Source: Schizochytrium sp. TIO01 (taxonomy: Eukaryota; Protista; Bigyra: Labyrinthulomycetes). Taken from it: 64,000 nt of DNA. The stretch's first letter is position 1, and each line of letters opens with the position of its first letter. The stretch spans positions 119,648 through 183,647 of the forward strand of contig SMSO01000014.1 in assembly GCA_004764695.1 (NCBI GenBank), given 5' to 3'. A program made the position numbers and the translations under genes. Under the pieces are notes generated by a model. The model was not told the DNA's origin. It made no database searches and saw only the letters and a program-made list of their open reading frames with translations. This document shows, piece by piece, positions 59,945-64,000 of the stretch.

Positions 59945-62900
59945 ATGCGGACAGCGCCAGATGATGGCTTACAACCAGAAGCTTCGCCAGCATTTACAGC
60001 GGAACCCTTAAATCTTGATGGTCGAAACGAAAAGGAACGCAACAAACTTCATGCTAGCTTTGTACCGAACGTGTTTGATCTTGTAGGTACAACAATCCTG
60101 CGGAAGCGCGAATTTGATTTAGTCCAAGCCAAGCAGGAACAATGGATGCGGATTGCAAAGGCCCCCGGAATTAATTCCAGGCGGAAGATGCCCAAACTAC
60201 AACTCGAACAACAGGAAAGTGACGGTATTGGCGGGCTAGAACCCTGCTTACCCTTTTTACGTGAGCCCTCTTCTCAGGAGGTTACAAGGAAAAGGCGCCG
60301 CGAGTTTGCAGATAATAATCCTAGCTCTGTGCGCACCAGTCTCACGTTAGGCAGCTCCATGCATCGTCTAGTGATAGAGAAGCGTAATGCAGCCAAGAAA
60401 AAATTACTAGAGGCCCATGCCATGGATTTTGATTGCGATGACCACGAAAACGCGTTTATTGCCTGGGAACACGAAACCAAAGATAATTATAAACTTATGA
60501 AACACATGTCTAACAGAGCTGAGTTTGAGCAGCTTTGTCATTGCAATGCTGCATGCAAAATGGGAACTCCAGCCGTCATAAAATGTTTCAGTTGCATCAA
60601 GTATGACCCTCTCATGCAAGGGCACTATTGTGAGAAATGTTTTCTCCATCGACACCCCCCACATCGTCTTAAACATCACTATACGCGAATTAATGATATT
60701 GACTCGGGTCCGCTCAAACAGGAGTGGGGTATCCATATGAAACGACTTGAGCTCGAGCGGCGTGTTCTTCAGTATCAAGACGCCATCAACATCGTCACAC
60801 TCAATAAAAAGGCACCACTACAAAATAATGACACCCATGAAATGAACAACATGCGCCCTCAACAAGGTGACGCTACTACTCCTCAACCGCAAACGGATAC
60901 CTACGAGAAGCGCATTGAAGAAGCGACCCGTCAGGTAGACCTCACAGCCGATACACTTCGCAATCTACGAAAGCGGCTTCCGAAAAATTACTTGCCACAT
61001 GAGGCAGCTTCTAAACTTCAGAGTATTTGGCGGGCCCGCAAGGCTCATCAGAGCCTTTACAAGCTATTACGACAGAATATCACAGCTTTTGTCGATCCTT
61101 CTTCAGGAAAAACCTTTTACTATAACGCTCTTACAAACAAATCAACCTACGAAAAACCCCATTTACAGAGGCCCAAGTTCACAAAGCGTGAAGCCGCATC
61201 TCTAGTTCAGGCTCTCTACCGGCAGAAAAAGGCTCGTCAAGGTATTCGAGAGCTTGTTCAGCTGAATTTAGAACGACATGTGGATCCAACAACAGGAAAA
61301 GTTTATTATTATAGCCATGGCACCCAAGCAACTTTTTGGGCAGAAAGTGCACCAGCCTTTGTTCGTGGAGTGGAGATACTCACCCCTCGCACGCGAGCGC
61401 GAAAACGACTCATCTACGAGAAACGGCAAGCTGGGATTTTTAAATCAGCAGATAAACTCACTACGCATGAGGCTGCTAGGATGATACAGAGCCGCTTCAG
61501 AGCCAATCAGTGCCGTAAAAAGATGCAACTTGCACTTTTGCAAAGAATGCGTAAACTTGTGCAGGAAGATTCAGGAACAGTCTACTATTATGATACTGTG
61601 AAAGGAACAACAATGTGGGAAAAACCTGCTCTCTTGCAAAGTTTCCAAGACAACGAAATTGAAGACTTTCATGACGTTGGCAGTCAAAAACGCACTCCTC
61701 GCAAAGTTGAGACGCCTGAAGAGGCAGCTCAAATCCTACAACGTTTGTGGAAGTGGAAAAAGGCTCGGGACCGCATGCGTCAACTTGTGCTCGGGACCTA
61801 TGAAAAAATATTTGATGAAGGTACACAACAATTTTACTACCACAATACAAAGACTGGAAAAACCTGCTGGGCTACTCAGGCACCAGCGCACCTTGCTGGA
61901 GTTAACATCCTCACCCCTCGTAGTCGTGTGGCCAAAGAACGTGCAGAATCACGGAAACAAGCTGGTCTCTTCAAATCATGTGAGATCTTAGACGAAACCT
62001 CCGCGGCTCTCATGATTCAAAGCTGTTTTCGCGCCAAACAAAGCCGCAACAAAATTCAGAATATCATCAAGACACATCTTCGTAAGATAACTGATCAGAC
62101 AACCGGCCAAACATATTATTTCAACAAACTTACACAGGAAACTACTTGGGTTAAACCTAAGCTTATGCAAGACCTTTCAGTCAAAAGCTTCGCTTCTGAG
62201 GATACTAAATCACCTCGCAAAAAGAGAAAACCGCGCGTTTTTGCCACACAAGACGAAGCTGCAGCAACACTTCCAGGCCATGTACCGCCGTAAAAAGGCT
62301 CGAGATCGTATTAGGCACTTGCTTCAAGCTCGTTTTGAAAAATACATCGATCCAGAGTCTGGGCTCACATACTACCTTAACACTGTCACGCAGGAAACCA
62401 CCTGGGAAGCCCCTGCACTCTTGGACGAAGCATCCATTCTCACGCCCAAAAGTCGCGAGCGCAAGGCACTTGTGGAGGCCAAAAAGGCCCGAGGAGAGTT
62501 CCGCATGGCCATTGATCTTACTGAGGAAGATGCTGCGCGCATGGTACAGCGTAACTATCGTGCTAACCGGGCACGTGCGCGTGTCCGAGATATTTTACTT
62601 AAAGTCATTGCAAAAGCATCCGATGAAAATGGCAATGTATACTATGTCAATGTGCAAACAATGGAGGCAACTTATGAAAAACCAGCACTGTTAAGGCGAC
62701 TCACAGATTCAAAGCTAGGTTCATATAACACACTACTCCTTCATAATCAAGATCGCAAAAAGAGAACACCGCGCGTTTTTGCCTCACAAGACGAAGCTGC
62801 AGCAACACTCCAGGCTATGTACCGCCGTAAAAAGGCTCGAGATCGTATTAGGCACTTGCTTCAAGCTCGTTTTGAAAAATACATCGATCCAGAGTCTGGG

Positions 62901-64000
62901 CTCACATACTACCTTAACACTGTCACGCAGGAAACCACCTGGGAAGCCCCTGCACTCTTGGACGAAGCATCCATTCTCACGCCCAAAAGTCGCGAGCGCA
63001 AGGCACTTGTGGAGGCCAAAAAGGCCCGAGGAGAGTTCCGCATGGCCATTGATCTTACTGAGGAAGATGCTGCGCGCATGGTACAGCGTAACTATCGTGC
63101 TAACCGGGCACGTGCGCGTGTCCGAGATATTTTACTTAAAGTCATTGCAAAAGCATCCGATGAAAATGGCAATGTATACTATGTCAATGTGCAAACAATG
63201 GAGGCAACTTATGAAAAACCAGCACTGTTAAGGCGACTCACAGATTCAAAACTGGGTTCTTATAGAACTCTCGTGCAACAATCTATTAAGGCACAGGATG
63301 AAAACCCAAGTAGAGGTAAACCTTCTCGAAAATATGGTTCACAAGATGAAGCTGCATCAGCTTTACAAGGAATGTATCGACGTAAGAAAGCTCGTGATCG
63401 CATTCGTGCGCTTCTGCAGGCCCGCTTTGAAAAACACTATGACCCTTCGTCAGGGGCTGCATATTTCCTGAACACGGCAACCGGAGAGACTTCTTGGGAT
63501 GCGCCAACTTTATTAAATGAAGATAGCGTTCTTACACCTAAAAGTCGAGAACGCAAAGCTAAGTTGGAGGCTAAAAAGGATAGAGGAGAGTTTCGGACAG
63601 CCAAAGACCTTTCAGACGAGGACGCTGCACGCATGGTTCAAAGGGTGTTCCGTGCTAACCGCGCTCGCGAACGCGTGCGCACTCTTTTAACGCAGCTTAT
63701 TGTCCGTGCACGGGATGCTGACGGTTATCTTTACTACATAAATATGCAAACAATGGAGGCTTCTTATCAGAAACCGATCTTGCTGCGTAAACTCTCAGAC
63801 TCCAAACTTGGATCCTATCGAACGATCATGCAACAACAAGATACTCAACAGACTCCTCAGCATGCGCGAAAATACCAGAGTGAAGAGGAAGCTGCTTCTG
63901 CTTTGCAAGCCATGTATCGCCGTAAACAAGCCCGGGATCGAGTGCGAGCACTGCTTCTTCTTTATCTCGAAAAGGCTGTTGACCAAGATGGACATGAGTA
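59945..64000 (+). CDS. Large B-box-like Zn finger + tandem IQ-WW repeat protein; 1-bp frameshift at ~62271; continues beyond the window
   Basis: CHC...C..PAVIKCFSC...YCEKCFLHRH...HH B-box-like motif and many IQ (LQSIWR, IQSRFR, LQAMYR) and WW (YYYN...TxWxKP) units. After the extra T at 62271-62272 the repeat frame (ATGs at 62280, 62817, 63372, 63912, all in phase) stays open to the window end. Confidence 0.85.
62216..63250 (+). repeat. Intragenic 537-bp tandem repeat (179-aa IQ-WW-IQ-WW unit), two near-identical copies
   Basis: 62273-62713 essentially identical to 62810-63250; more diverged copies follow and precede. Confidence 0.9.

Noticed and set aside
62335-63231. Two repeated ORFs of 119 and 150 aa (MKNTSIQSLGS...)
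   Set aside because: Off-frame readings of the duplicated IQ-WW unit; the true frame is the one open to the window end.

Overview
Eukaryotic nuclear DNA. The largely intronless genes, AT-rich intergenic DNA full of tetranucleotide microsatellites and eukaryote-type tRNAs suggest a stramenopile protist such as a thraustochytrid; this is an inference, not verified. (i) 1-22.6 kb is an accessory zone of decayed, stop-riddled coding-like DNA containing three tRNA genes (Gln-CTG, Leu-AAG, Lys-CTT). A compact, gene-dense ~8.9 kb element (~10994-19921) is inserted in it. The element encodes a Crypton/NDC10-like tyrosine recombinase, a phage/virus-type N6-adenine DNA methyltransferase, a giant-virus-type PD-(D/E)xK nuclease, a CxxC zinc-finger ORF, two small ORFs and two predicted N-myristoylated APH/EcKinase-family kinases with near-identical N-termini but divergent catalytic domains. 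Its internal order fits a head-to-tail dimer of one unit with complementary deletions. Removing it at a 4-bp CTAT direct repeat restores the reading frame of the decayed flanking ORF. This tyrosine recombinase + R-M-like pair + kinase cargo element is the best candidate for an undescribed system. (ii) ~22.7-52.7 kb is a ~30 kb gene desert upstream of a Q-rich Ser/Thr kinase. (iii) 52.7-64 kb holds four host genes: the kinase, a RING-H2 E3 ligase with p97-Nc-like repeats and a VCP-binding motif, an IQ-WW-SAM-FKBP protein, and, head-to-head with it, a large B-box/IQ-WW repeat protein that carries a 1-bp frameshift and runs off the window.
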